Translations under genes and position numbers: made by a program
The notes under the pieces: model-generated
Database searches by the model: none
Told to the model about the DNA's origin: nothing
Seen by the model: only the letters and a program-made list of their open reading frames with translations
In this document: piece after piece, positions 1 to 11,493 of the stretch
How positions within the stretch are numbered: the stretch's first letter is position 1
Layout: each line of letters opens with the position of its first letter
Assembly: GCA_001643675.2 (NCBI GenBank)
Contig: LSRY02000010.1
Coordinates: 1,612,001 to 1,676,000, forward strand
Length of the DNA stretch: 64,000 nucleotides
From: Monocercomonoides exilis PA203
Lineage: Eukaryota > Protista > Preaxostyla
Direction: 5' to 3'

Positions 1-1700
1 TGACTGTTCTGACACTATTTTTGAACAAGTGATGCAGAGCGACCAGATGAAGGGATGTGTCCGGGATGACAAAACGAGCTGCGTTTAGCTTCCCAATCGC
101 TTACACCCAGTCCTTCACACGAACCTGTTTGGCTCTTATGCACGACTTCTCCCAACGTCTCAAGAGCTCTTGGAGAGAACAACGCCTTTCCACGCTCAAT
201 TGAACTGTAAATTCGTCCGTGTTCCAAAGTTACCCCAAGAACACAAACTTCTGTGTTGGTCTCAGCTGACATTTCTCTTAGTTGATGAGCAATCCTAGTC
301 TTTTGAAAAAACAGAATTTCTTCTTCTGAAATTTTCTTAAGAAAGCTGCAGTTTTGGTGCAACAGAATAAGTTCGTCCAAGTAAGAAACCACTCTGACTT
401 TTCATTTCTCCTTTTTCACCATTGTGAATTTCATCATTATTTTCGCGAAAAAACGAGGTGCATCTGTATAACCGAATGGCATTTCTTCAAAGCAGCAATC
501 TTTTCCCTCGAATCGAAAACTGAGGAATAGTTTCAACTCGTCTGCAGCTGGGATTAAGTTATTTGCCTGAGAAAATTCCAGCGTGACTGCAAAGTCTCTC
601 TTCTTTATCACACGCTCCACAGTTCGTTCGTCTTTCCACTTGAAATGTGATTTCTTCATCGCTGCAATCAGTTGGCAGCAATCAAGGATCTGGCTCCAAG
701 CTCCAGACTTCTTCTTGATTTAGAAAATCTTGTTCAGAAAACTTACCTAATTTGAAGGAATTGCACAGACAATTTTTGTTTCTATTTATTCTTTTAATAC
801 CCGTCTGAAAGCTTTTTGCTGTTTCAAACTCGTATGAGTTGCTCCGTCTTCCTCTGATCTCCTTCTCAGTGCTTCCTTTTCGTGCCTGTTAAACCATGAT
901 GCATTCGCGCCCAGCCTTATCAATCTTAATCCTATGATTTTGTCCCATTCCAATTAAAACAGCGCTTTCCTTTCTTCATTCCTCATCTGTGGGTCCATTT
1001 GTATTTTCTGTTTTCCTCGGAACGGTACGTGAATCCCTTCTTTCAAGTTTCTCCTGATTTTCTCGGGGAGCTTCTGAATCGAGACTGACTGCCAGACATC
1101 CGAGATCACCTTCGAAAAAACTTCCTTTCTCTGAAATCTCCTAACAACGCTGCTCGATTGGCTGCTCTGCATTATTCATCTGATCTTTTGAACATTCAAT
1201 AATCCAAAGCTGTTCTTTGCATATGTTTCTGTTCCAAACGCGTCTCTTCAAGTATATCCTGATGTCTCTTTGTTAGCTGTCCCCCAGTGACTTCGCCCTC
1301 CATTTTCTTTGATGCTGAATAACCAAATCTTCCCTGAATTCGTTTTCTTCTTGCCTCCTGCAATGCTTGTGCAACCAGAATCAACGCTTCTCTTGCAACT
1401 TCCTCAGCAGTGTCGGCTTTCCTCCTTATGTTTTGAATCGACTGTAGAATTGCTTTAAATTCTGGGAACAGGTACTTCTCAACTTGTTCACATGCTCTAT
1501 CCATGGCGTCGTGATACCTAAATTCCGTTCTTATTGCAGCTGGAGGACTGTGACAGATTACTGGATAAAAATCCATCTTATTGAAAAAATCTGCCATTTC
1601 TTCCATTTCTGATATTGGAAACTTTATATCGAAGAGAGAAGTTGTTGGCTCATATTTATAAATTGATGCAAAAATTTCGTTTGTATCTCTTCTTCTTCAT
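1..1700 (-). mobile_element. Decayed DIRS-like retrotransposon remnant (gag-like ORF 1196-1606 plus fragmented RT), continuing beyond the window start
   Basis: Minus-strand RT fragments KKKSGAWSQILDC, KSHFK, FRFEGK..MPFGYTDAPRFFAKIM (402-659) and SYLDELILLH (YLDD-like, 15-392) are collinear with the RT at 51.3-51.7 kb but broken by stops and frameshifts. Confidence 0.8.
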
Positions 1701-2181
1701 TTTCTATTTTTGTTTCCATCGATTAACTTCTTTCCGGGCCCTGTTCCAATGACTGACACGGTTGTTCAAATAATGTTGAAAAAGTCGAAGATGGTGGAAG
1801 CATATTGTTTGAGGATATTGCAGGTCCTCCTCCAAGCACAGCTTGATCAGAAGAAGGTGAAATTCCTGAAGCTATTGAACATTGAGAAGTGCGAAACATT
1901 TTTGATCACGAAAAGTGACATGACCAATGAAGTGGCATCTCTCAACTAGAAGAGAAGAACTTGAATGGCAGTTTTCTTGACAATTTAAATGTTATGCATT
2001 TCGATTGACATGAAACATCATTCATGATGTTAATAAACAAGAAAAAAACGAAATATTCAAGAATCAGAAAATGCTGTAAAGTGTGCATATTCCGAAACAG
2101 GTTCTGGAAAATGAAGTGTTTATAATTTATTCAAAAAAGAATGAGAAAAAATGTCATTTCTTTTTCAATTTATATATAGTA

Positions 2182-2568
2182 AGTGTTAATAATGGTGGAC
2201 ACTTTCAATAACTGCGGATAGTCGCATTATCTCAACAACTGTTGATAGTTGTGCTTCGATAATAAACACAATTATTCACTTATTGAAAGCGAACTTACCA
2301 GTCAAACAAAAATGAAACAATTTGCTTCTTTGAATAAATAAATAAATATTTTCTATTTTCGGAGATACTCGGAGAATCTTATTTCTCCGAAATGAAAAAA
2401 ATTTTTTTTATAAAATTTCATTAAATTTGTTTGGTGATATAAACTATTCACGTGAGTTCATATTCATTGAGGGAATTGTTGAGTTTATTATCGAAGTGCA
2501 ACTATCAATGGTTGTTGAGATAATGCGACTGTCCACAGTTATTGAAAGTGATTACCATTATCAACACT
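2182..2568. mobile_element. Putative MITE/foldback element with ~115-bp imperfect inverted repeats
   Basis: 2182-~2299 (agtgttaataatggt...gtcgcattatctcaacaac...cttcgataataaac) is the imperfect reverse complement of ~2452-2568. No clear TSD. Confidence 0.7.
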
Positions 2569-2672
2569 AGCAATAATTGAAAATAGCCGATCAAAAACAA
2601 ATCATCAAAAAATTAACAGGATAATTATTCGTGAAGAGAATTCGAATTAAAGAATTTCACATTGAAGTTATA

Positions 2673-3069
2673 CAGTTTGCGCAAAAAATACCGGACATCG
2701 CAAAAAATACCGGACAAGATCGATATCTCAATAACCGCAAGAAGAAAAATACTGATAATTTTCCTCAAAACACATCTCATTAATACAAACTCATTTAAAA
2801 AACGAGACTTTCAAAACGACTTCATTTGTGCTCAGAAAAAATAATAATTGAAATTTCGGAAAAATTAAAAATATTATTTTTCCTTGAATTCAATCACTAA
2901 TTATTTCTGAGCACAAACGAGGAAGTTTTGAAAGTCTCGTTTATCAATTGAGTTTGAAAAAATGAGATATATTTTGAGGAAAATTTTCAGAATTTTTCCT
3001 TTTGCGGTTATTGTGTAATCGATCTTGTCCGGTATTTTTTGCGATGTCGAGTATTTTTTGCGCAAACTG
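2673..3069. mobile_element. Tc1/mariner/pogo-type MITE, 397 bp, TA target duplication
   Basis: TA|CAGTTTGCGCAAAAAATAC...GTATTTTTTGCGCAAACTG|TA. The arms are inverted over ~180 bp, and the left arm has the direct repeat cgcaaaaaataccggaca x2. Confidence 0.9.
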
Positions 3070-3952
3070 TATTTGAAAAAGAATGGTTCACTTTTTCTAT
3101 TCTCCTTCGAATTGAATGAAGGAGTTATTTCTATTGGAAGACGATAAAAAATTTTTGATACATAATCAATTCTTGATCACACTTCTTTATCATCATTCTT
3201 GGCAAATGGAGAAGATCCTGGTACCTCATGATCAACTCCCTTAATTATTAACATTCTATTATTTATTCTTATTGTGCTTATTAGGTTTTAGGGTTTTGAA
3301 GAGTTAAACAATTTCATATTGGATAGTGTGATAGTTTAGGGTAAGCCTGGGTGACTTCAGACTTTTGACTTTGGAAAATTTGTTATTGACTGACTTTAAA
3401 AATGATTGAAGTCAAAAAACAGTTAAATTTTATTTAAATAATACATAAGTTTAACAGTTCATTTTTCATGCACTTTATAATTTCAAAATGAAAAAAAAAA
3501 TCAAGATTAAAAGAAAAAAAAAATTCTTATTGAATATATAATAATCTGAAAAAACTTTTTTAGAAAAAAAGCATCCGTTTATGGGTTTTGACCGGATCAG
3601 TTTTTTTTTGAAAATTGCCCAAGTCACAGACTGGTCGATCTTTTTTTGACTTTGAAAAATTTTCATGTCAAAACCCAACATGTTTGAATGTGAAAATCTT
3701 TTAAGTGAATTTCAGAATGCCTTGGTGGATAATCAAATAGTTCGTGCGTTTAATAACTAGCTTCGTTTGTTTTGATAATTGAAGCATGATTTTTTGTGTC
3801 GCTTAATCAGAAACTGGCTTTTGCAAGAAAAATGGAAGAATTGAACAATCACGGATGCTGTTTTCTAAAACTGGAGCAAGTGGGATCATATGAAAAAGGA
3901 GCAAGTGTGATGTTGCTAAATCTTTAATATTTTTTTGCTTTGATAATATTAG

Positions 3953-6711
3953 AAAAGTTTACAAGCACCCAAAGAAAAGTAATGAATATTTAACCAGAAT
4001 ATCTTTAGAGGTCATCAATAATCAAATATGGATTTCATTTTTTCCTTCTAACATTGATGGCTCTCCAACAAAAGAATATCATAAACAATATTTATGCCCA
4101 AATGTTCGTGGTAATCAAACATGTGGAACAAGTGGTCGTCGGAGTTACGTTGCAATAAGAAATCATCGTTGTTTTTTATTAGAAAATCGCATTATATTTT
4201 CTTTCAAAGAGAAGAAAGCTCTTCAAAAAATCGATCGCATAAGGGAGAGCAAAGAAAGAACACTGATTCAGAGCACATCCACCAATTTACAGACTTTATT
4301 TACGAAAATAATAAGCCATTGCAACATATCTTTCTTATCAGCGTCTTCAGAAGAATTTAATAATTTTATCACAGCCTTAATTCATTTATCTCAAATGAAT
4401 CCAGGACTGTCTCCGTCAAACATTTTCCCATTCCTTACAAGAAAGAAAATACGAAGAATGGTTATTGAGGACAGTGAATTTGCAAAACAGAAGCGTGATA
4501 CAGCACTGAGGGGAATGGGCGTATGCGTGATGATGGATTCAGGTGTTGTGGGAAATCAGAAGTGCACAGTTGTGACGATAGCTCCATTGGTACCAAATAC
4601 ATCATCAGTGTTTTGGAAAGCATATCCATGCTGCAATAATGCAAAGCAGTACAGAAAACTAGCTTGGACAGTAATTCGGGAACTGGCACTAATCAACGCG
4701 CATGTTCGATGTTTTTGTTCGGATGGCTTAAGTCCTCAAAAAAAAGCAATTGAAAATATTACAATTCCAATGGAAGATAATGAAAAATTACTAATAGAAA
4801 ATTTAAAGGCTGCTCCATTTTTCGTTTACTGTATGAATCATTTGTTGAATTTGGTTATTGTTCACGCGTTTTCTGAAATCCCTTTTCTGAAGAACCAGAA
4901 AACAATAATTACAGAATTTGCAAAAAATGCCCGCACTTCTTCTATGAAAAAATCCTTGAAACGGAAATGTCCGACATTTATTCAAACGAGATGGCTGTGC
5001 TTGTATTCTATTTGTTGCTTTATAAGAAAAAACAGAGAAAAGATATTTCACGAAAAATTATTACAATTCGATCAAATAAGAAACATTATAATCACAGAAC
5101 TTCTCCTTTTTCCAATTCAAAAATTACATTTGGAAATGGAAAATGAAAGAACAAAGATGGGAAATGTCTTTCCAAATGTGCTGAATGCATTCGGTTTGCT
5201 ATATGGAATCAAAAATCTTTCATTTATTAAAGAAACAGAATGGAAAAATGTTTTCGTTAATTTTATAATAATATTCCATAATTACATGTTAACCGGGAAC
5301 ACTGGTGAGTTAATATCATTATCGTATGTATTGTCTCCAACAGGACTTCAAAATTACATTCGAAATAAATTTTCAATTTCTTTTTTTGAAGCAGAAAAAT
5401 CTATTTCTTGTATGCCGTTGAATTCAGAGCCTAAGCAATTAATCTCATTACAACAATCCTCTTCAGCTTCGGAATATTCATCATTCACACGTTCACCTAT
5501 CATTTGCGCTTCAAATACTTCATCCAAACTTCCATCATCTTCGTCGTCAATTGAAACAAGCGTCAATCATCTAGATAAAGAAAAAAATATAACCATATCA
5601 AATTCAAGCAATGATTCAAAGCGACCGTTCAAGGATCAATTAAAAACAAATTCTTCCGATCATAATGAAAAAGATGTTTCAAATCATTCATCTCTAAGTC
5701 TTACGGAACAACAACATCAATCTGTTTGTTATTCTTTAACAAACGACTGTTTTTTGAAGCATTGAACCATGTGTCTGATGAACTTCATGAAATAAAGGAC
5801 AATTGCGTCCCGATGACAAAGTTGATAAGAAATGGAATCAAAGAAGATGAAAGTTATCAATCAATTGAAATTATCGAAGAAATTCACTGCATTATCAGCA
5901 CGGTGTCCAATTTCAAGCGTTCAGAATTTGAAACTATAGAAACTTCAAGAGAGGAAAGCAAAAGTGAAGAAAGCGAGACAGAGTCTAGTGAAGAGGACTT
6001 GTTTGGCTTATGCATGGCTGAAGATTGTTCAGAAGATGATGAATTTTTTATGTCCGAACCCTTCAAACAAAGCGAAAAGAAAAAAGATGAAACCATGAAT
6101 GAATCTTCTTCAATTCATTCAGCTGCTTCCTCCTGCTCTTCTTCTTCTGAAAGTTTTTCTTCAACATGCTTGACATCTTCTCAAACGCTTGTTTTCGAAG
6201 ATAATTCTCATGACTCACTTGAAGATTCAATGGAAGACGGAACAGATGAAATAGAATATGGGATAGATGATGTGGAGGTGCTGTTTTCAAACCAGAAGAT
6301 TAGTTTGATTTCCCGTCTGGAACCAGAAAAAGAGAAAGAAGTTTGTGATCAAGTGGTGTGTTCCATATCATCTTGCTGGGATACACGAATTAGACAAAGT
6401 TTTGAAAGATATATTACAACAGTTTTATCAAATCAATCGAAAGAAATCAGAGATATATGCTTCAAACTGTTTCTGGAATTTTTGAATGAAGCACCAAGCT
6501 TCATATATGAAGACGACATACAAAAGTTTTACGCAGAGATCACAAAGAAAGGACCTATTCAAACTATATACTCAAACATCTGTTTTTCATTAGTTTCGTC
6601 TCCATGCAGCGAAGCAAGCTGCGAACGTATTTTTCAAGAATGAAAAGGATCTCTGGTGACAGAAGGCATTCCCTATCATTAGAAGCTCTTAATGCTCTTT
6701 TAACTATTTAG
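3953..6711 (+). CDS. hAT transposase with two apparent 1-nt frameshifts; 5' exons possibly from ~3680
   Basis: Frame is open upstream of the 4395 ATG, with a BED-like W..C..C..H-x-C motif and NISFLSASSEEF. Catalytic motifs MMDSG (D1), FCSDG (D2), CMNH (CxxH), TRW, and SEASCERIF/SRMKRISGDRRHSLSLEAL (E plus hATC dimerization motif), ending at TAG 6709-6711. Confidence 0.88.
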
Positions 6712-8314
6712 CCTTTTGACAAAAGTGTTTTCATTTCACAATACTTTCAATAAATATAAAAAAAACAATAAATTATCTGTTTTCTTTTTTGATTTTCACA
6801 AAAATATCAATCAATATTTTCATGAATAAACAGCATATTTTAAGATCGTTCTTGTAAAGCGTTAATGTCAATGAGCAAATAAAAAGAAGAACATCTGAAT
6901 GAGGAAACTGAAAGCAATATTTGTGATGGAAGTAAACGATAAGGAGAATATGTGTTGCGTTTGTTGCTCTTTTCAATACAATCTCACTTCTTTTCTATGA
7001 ATATGTTCGAAGTCCTTTTATGGCTTTCAACATATCTTCTATGTCATGCATTCTGTCTTCCACACATCTTTGTGAATATCTTTTCACTTTCTGAATTCCG
7101 TTATTGTTTGTTGATTTTTCAATTTTATTTTAACTCTTCATTGATATTTCCAATTCTATAACAGCATCTTTTCCTTCTTCACCATCTTCTTCTTTTTAAC
7201 TTTCTTCTTCACCAACGGAGCTATTGTCCTTTCCCACACACATTCCACCGATTGTTGCTATGTTTCCCCTCATCCCACAGCCAGTCATCCATCTCGTTTC
7301 CTGCGATCAGCTGAGAGATTCCGTGCTGTTCACCATCGACGACTGCTTCTCTCTCAGCAAAGACGACCTGTCGCTTTTGAGGGCAGCACTCATCACGTCA
7401 GACATCATTCCCATTGGAATGAATGAAAGCACAACAACCGATGAAGAAGAAGATATTGAAGAAAAAGAAGAAATGAAACAACAGAATGACTCAAGTGAAA
7501 ATCGTCATCGCTATCATTATCATCGTCTTCTTCTTCATCTTTTTCCTCTTCCATTTTATTTCTTCTCAGTTAATCAGTCGAATTCCAAAGCGGTGCGTTT
7601 CAACTGCCTTTTGGATCGGTCGCGACACACTCGCTAAATGCAGCTCTGATCTGTCCAGCTGTGTCTCTTCTCTCTTCTTCAATGCTTCCACTCCAATTGA
7701 TGAGATTGTTCAAAACAGGAATTATAATGGATCTTCTCCTCTTTTCTTTTCCTCTTCGCCCTTTAGCATGTCTTCTTCTTTATCTTCTTCTGCTATTTCA
7801 AATCTGTCTCCTTCTATCTCCAATTATAATTCCAAATCTTCAGTCGCTTCTTCATCCTATTCGTCGGTAGTTGGCTCGCCTTGTGCTCATTCACATCTCT
7901 TTCCTGATGCTTTCCCACAAACATCCAGCTCTTCCACCTCCTCTTTCCATTCTTCTTCGTATTCCTCTTCGAATGTGTAATTTTCTCTGCCAAATTCTTT
8001 AGTTGCTCGCTTTCCTGTTGCTTTTTAACCTTTTTGCACTTGTCTTCTGTTGTGGTTTTAATCCGTTTGAGCACATTCAGCTGAGAGAGTGAATGAAGAA
8101 TGGAGAAATAGAGGCGAAGAAGGAGAAGCTGGAATGGACGATGCAGAGAGGGAAAGAGATAGAGAAAGAGAAGAAGAGGTCGAACATTCATTTGCCAATG
8201 AAAAGGATTGTGAAGATTGCACATGTTCCAATGAAGCAGACACAAACTCAAATAAGCATAAAAGTCATTCATTGTTCCATGTTGAAATAACAAGCTGCAG
8301 AACACCGAAGGTAG

Positions 8315-10985
8315 TTGAAAGAGATACAAAGCGGTTTTCAGAGTCATATGACAAGGACTAAGTTCCTCCTATCTCGTTTGAGTCTCCCTGGTAGCATTTC
8401 TCATTTTCTCGCTCTATTAAGCACATTCCGCATTTGGTGGCTAGCTCTCAACCAGCTTCATGTTCCTCTTCCTCCTCCTCCTCCTCCTCCTCTTTCTTCT
8501 TCTTCTTCTTCTTCTTCTTCTTCTTTGTCTTCTTCTTCTTCTTCTTTGTCTTCTTCTTCTTCTTCCTCTTCCTCTTCTTCTTTTGCTTCCACTGCAAAAC
8601 CTTCTTCTTCTCAAATCTCTTTGCGCACATCTCATTTCCAGGCAATCATCACCGCTGCCTCTGCCTCTCCCTATGCCGAGATCTGGGCCTTCCCCATCCT
8701 CCGCACTGTTTCCCTGTTGTGTGCCACTCTTCTCCAATCAGCCAACAGCCAGCAGCAGAACCTGCAGCTCCTCCACAGCAACACCCAAATCGTGCTGTCT
8801 TCTCTTTTGTCGTTCTTCGCCTCCTCTTCTCTCCCAACCTGCCGCGCTCCTTCTCTCTTTGCAGACTCCCTCCCTCTTTACACACTCGATTTCCCCCCTT
8901 CTCCTCTCTACCCTCCCTTCTCATCTGCCCAATGTGCTGTGCAGCTGACTAACATCATGTTCCTCTTCCCGACGGGAGTGCCTGTGCCGCCAATGCTCAA
9001 CCATCTGCGCAGCCGGCTTCTGCGCAGGTGTTGTGGAGAAGCAGAGATTGAGATGTTGCTGTGTGTTTTGCATCACAGCTTCACGAAAGCAGGCGAAGGG
9101 ATTGGAATTGCGAGATGTGTGGCTTCGTTGCTGTAGAATGGGAGGAGGAGGTTGGAAGGATGGGACGAGAGGTTTGATGGAGAAGAGGGGAGGAGAGTGA
9201 AGAAGGAGATGAGGAGGAGAAAGAGAAGGGAGGAAATGAAGGAAAAGAAAGAGAAGAAAGAAAAAGATGTTGATGGATGAATCAGATAGAAATTATGATG
9301 AAAAAGTTGAAGAAGCAAATGAGCAGACAAAAGAAGGAAGAAGAGAAGAAGGAGAAGAACAAAGAGAAGAAAACGAAGAAGATGATGAAACAGAATCAGA
9401 TTCTTATGCCTTCACCCAAATGAACCGCACACTTGTGTTCCAGTCAGATGCACAGATTGAGCGAGAGCGTCTGAAGATCAGCCAGCGGAAAGCGGAAGAA
9501 GAGGAGCAAGAAAGAGACAATCTGCTGTCTCTTCTGCAGGAAGAGGACAATGAGGCGATGTTAGACACACTCGAAGCATCGTTCCCTCATCTGCCGCGGC
9601 TGTACTGGCGAGCAGACATCTTCACGTTCCTCACAAACCGAATGGCGATGATACAGCCGTCTCAGCTGCAGTCGCTGGCGGCTTCGCTGGCAGAGGTTGA
9701 GTCCCTCACAGCTGCTCTTTCTGCGGCCTCTTCTTCTCTCCAATCGCTCGCCAGTGGAGCAGCAGGCAGAGGGAATGATGATGTGCAGAGAGAGGCGATC
9801 GAGCAGCTGAAGAGAGAGAGGGAGAAACTGGTGAAGGAGCAGCAGGCGCTGCAGACGAAGATGCAGAAGACGCCGCTGGAGAAGCTGATGAAGCCGCTTC
9901 CACTGCAGAACTGGCTTAGGTCTTCGCTCATTCTGAGGAAGCTGGCAGAGATTGTGAGGAAGCTGGCGATGCGGTTTGAGAAAGCTGGTTCGATGCAGAG
10001 CTTTGTTGACTCGCTGGTGAGGCATGTGGTGATGGAATTGCTGTCATCAGGGAAGTTTGTGGGGTGTTTGAAGGCGCATGCGAGGCAGACGAGGATGGGG
10101 TATTGGATGAAGAGGGAGATGAGCAAAGTGAATGGGAAGGACGAGGAAGGAGAGGAGTTTGGATGGGTTGATGATGAGGATGAAGAAGAGGTTGATAAAG
10201 AGGAGGAGGAGGAGGATGATGAAGAGAAAGCAGAGAAGGCGAGGAGAGAGAAAGAGAGGAAGGAAGAAGAGGAATGGGAAGAGGAAGAAATTGAGATTGA
10301 GGTGGAAGAAGAAGAAGCTACAGAAACAGAAGGAGGAGCAGAAGGAGCAGTGGAAGAAGTTAAAGATGAAAAGACAAAAGAAGGAGAAGGAGATGGAAAA
10401 GAAGGTGAAATAAAAGAAGGAGAAGCAAAAGAAAGAAAAGAAGGTGAAGAAGAAGAAAAAGAAAGCAAATTAGCATTGGACAAATCTCAGACAAATTCTG
10501 ATAAACCAAATGTGATGAAAGAAGGAGAAAAAGAAGGAGAAGCAGAAAAAGGAGAAGTCAAAGAGGGAGAAAAAGGAGAAAAAGAAGGAGAATCCACCGA
10601 TCACAATGCCTTAACAGTCAAGAGCTTAGCGCCAACAGATGCAGATGATGCAGATTTGTCAGTGATTTCGTCAGTTTCTGATCTTTCTGATGCAGAAAGT
10701 GAGATATCAGCTGAAGACAAGCAGCAGATGGAGATGCTGAAGGAGCTGGAGCAGCGATTGAGGGAGTTGAATGAGAAGAATGCGGCGATGCTGGAGGAGA
10801 AGAGGAAAGCGGAGGAAGAGATAGAGAAGGAGGTGGAGGTGGATGTGGATGGGGAGATGGAAGGAGAGAAAGAGAAAGAGGAAGAGGAAGAGGAAGGGAA
10901 GAAACAGAAAGAGAAAGAGAAGAAAGGGAAGAGCAAAAAGTTATCAAAAAGATTGTTCGGAGAAAGAAGAAGAATGCATCTTTGA
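8315..10985 (+). pseudogene. Cargo inside the hAT: host-like gene fragment(s) (ORFs 8315-9136 and 9267-10985), helical plus acidic
   Basis: Protein-like segments with poly-Ser and Glu-rich tracts like the host genes in this window. No clear start, no recognised domain. Confidence 0.5.
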
Positions 10986-11370
10986 GTGATAACATTGCAG
11001 AAGAAGGCAAAGAAAAAGAAGAAGAAGAGGAAGAAGAAGTTGATGGATGTGATGTTATTTTCACAGATGATTTCGATTTTGAGGGAGAATGTGAAAGAAG
11101 AGAAGTTTTATTTGAAAATTTCTTTGAAGAAGACAAGCCAGGAGAAGAAGAAGAAGAAGATGATGATGATGATATAGTTGTTGAGGATGAAGCCAATGAA
11201 GAAGAAGAAGACATAAGATTCAAACATAATGTTGAAGTTAGTGAAGTAGAAGAAGAAGTTGGCTCAACAGATGTTGCAAACGAAGCTGTTCTGTTTCTTG
11301 CTGTAGAGAAAGTGACAGCTTGTCCTTTGTGTCTGAAACGAGAAGAAGAAGAAGATAAAGAAGAGGGAGA

Positions 11371-11493
11371 GGAAGAAGAAGAAGAAGAAGAAGAAGAAGA
11401 AGAAGAAGAAGAAGAAGAAGAAGAAGAAGAAGAAGAAGAAGAAGAAGAAGGAGGAGGAGGAGGAGGAGGAGGAGGAGGAGGAGGAGGAGGAGA
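11371..11493. repeat. (GAA)n followed by (GGA)n trinucleotide microsatellite
   Basis: Direct reading. Confidence 0.9.
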
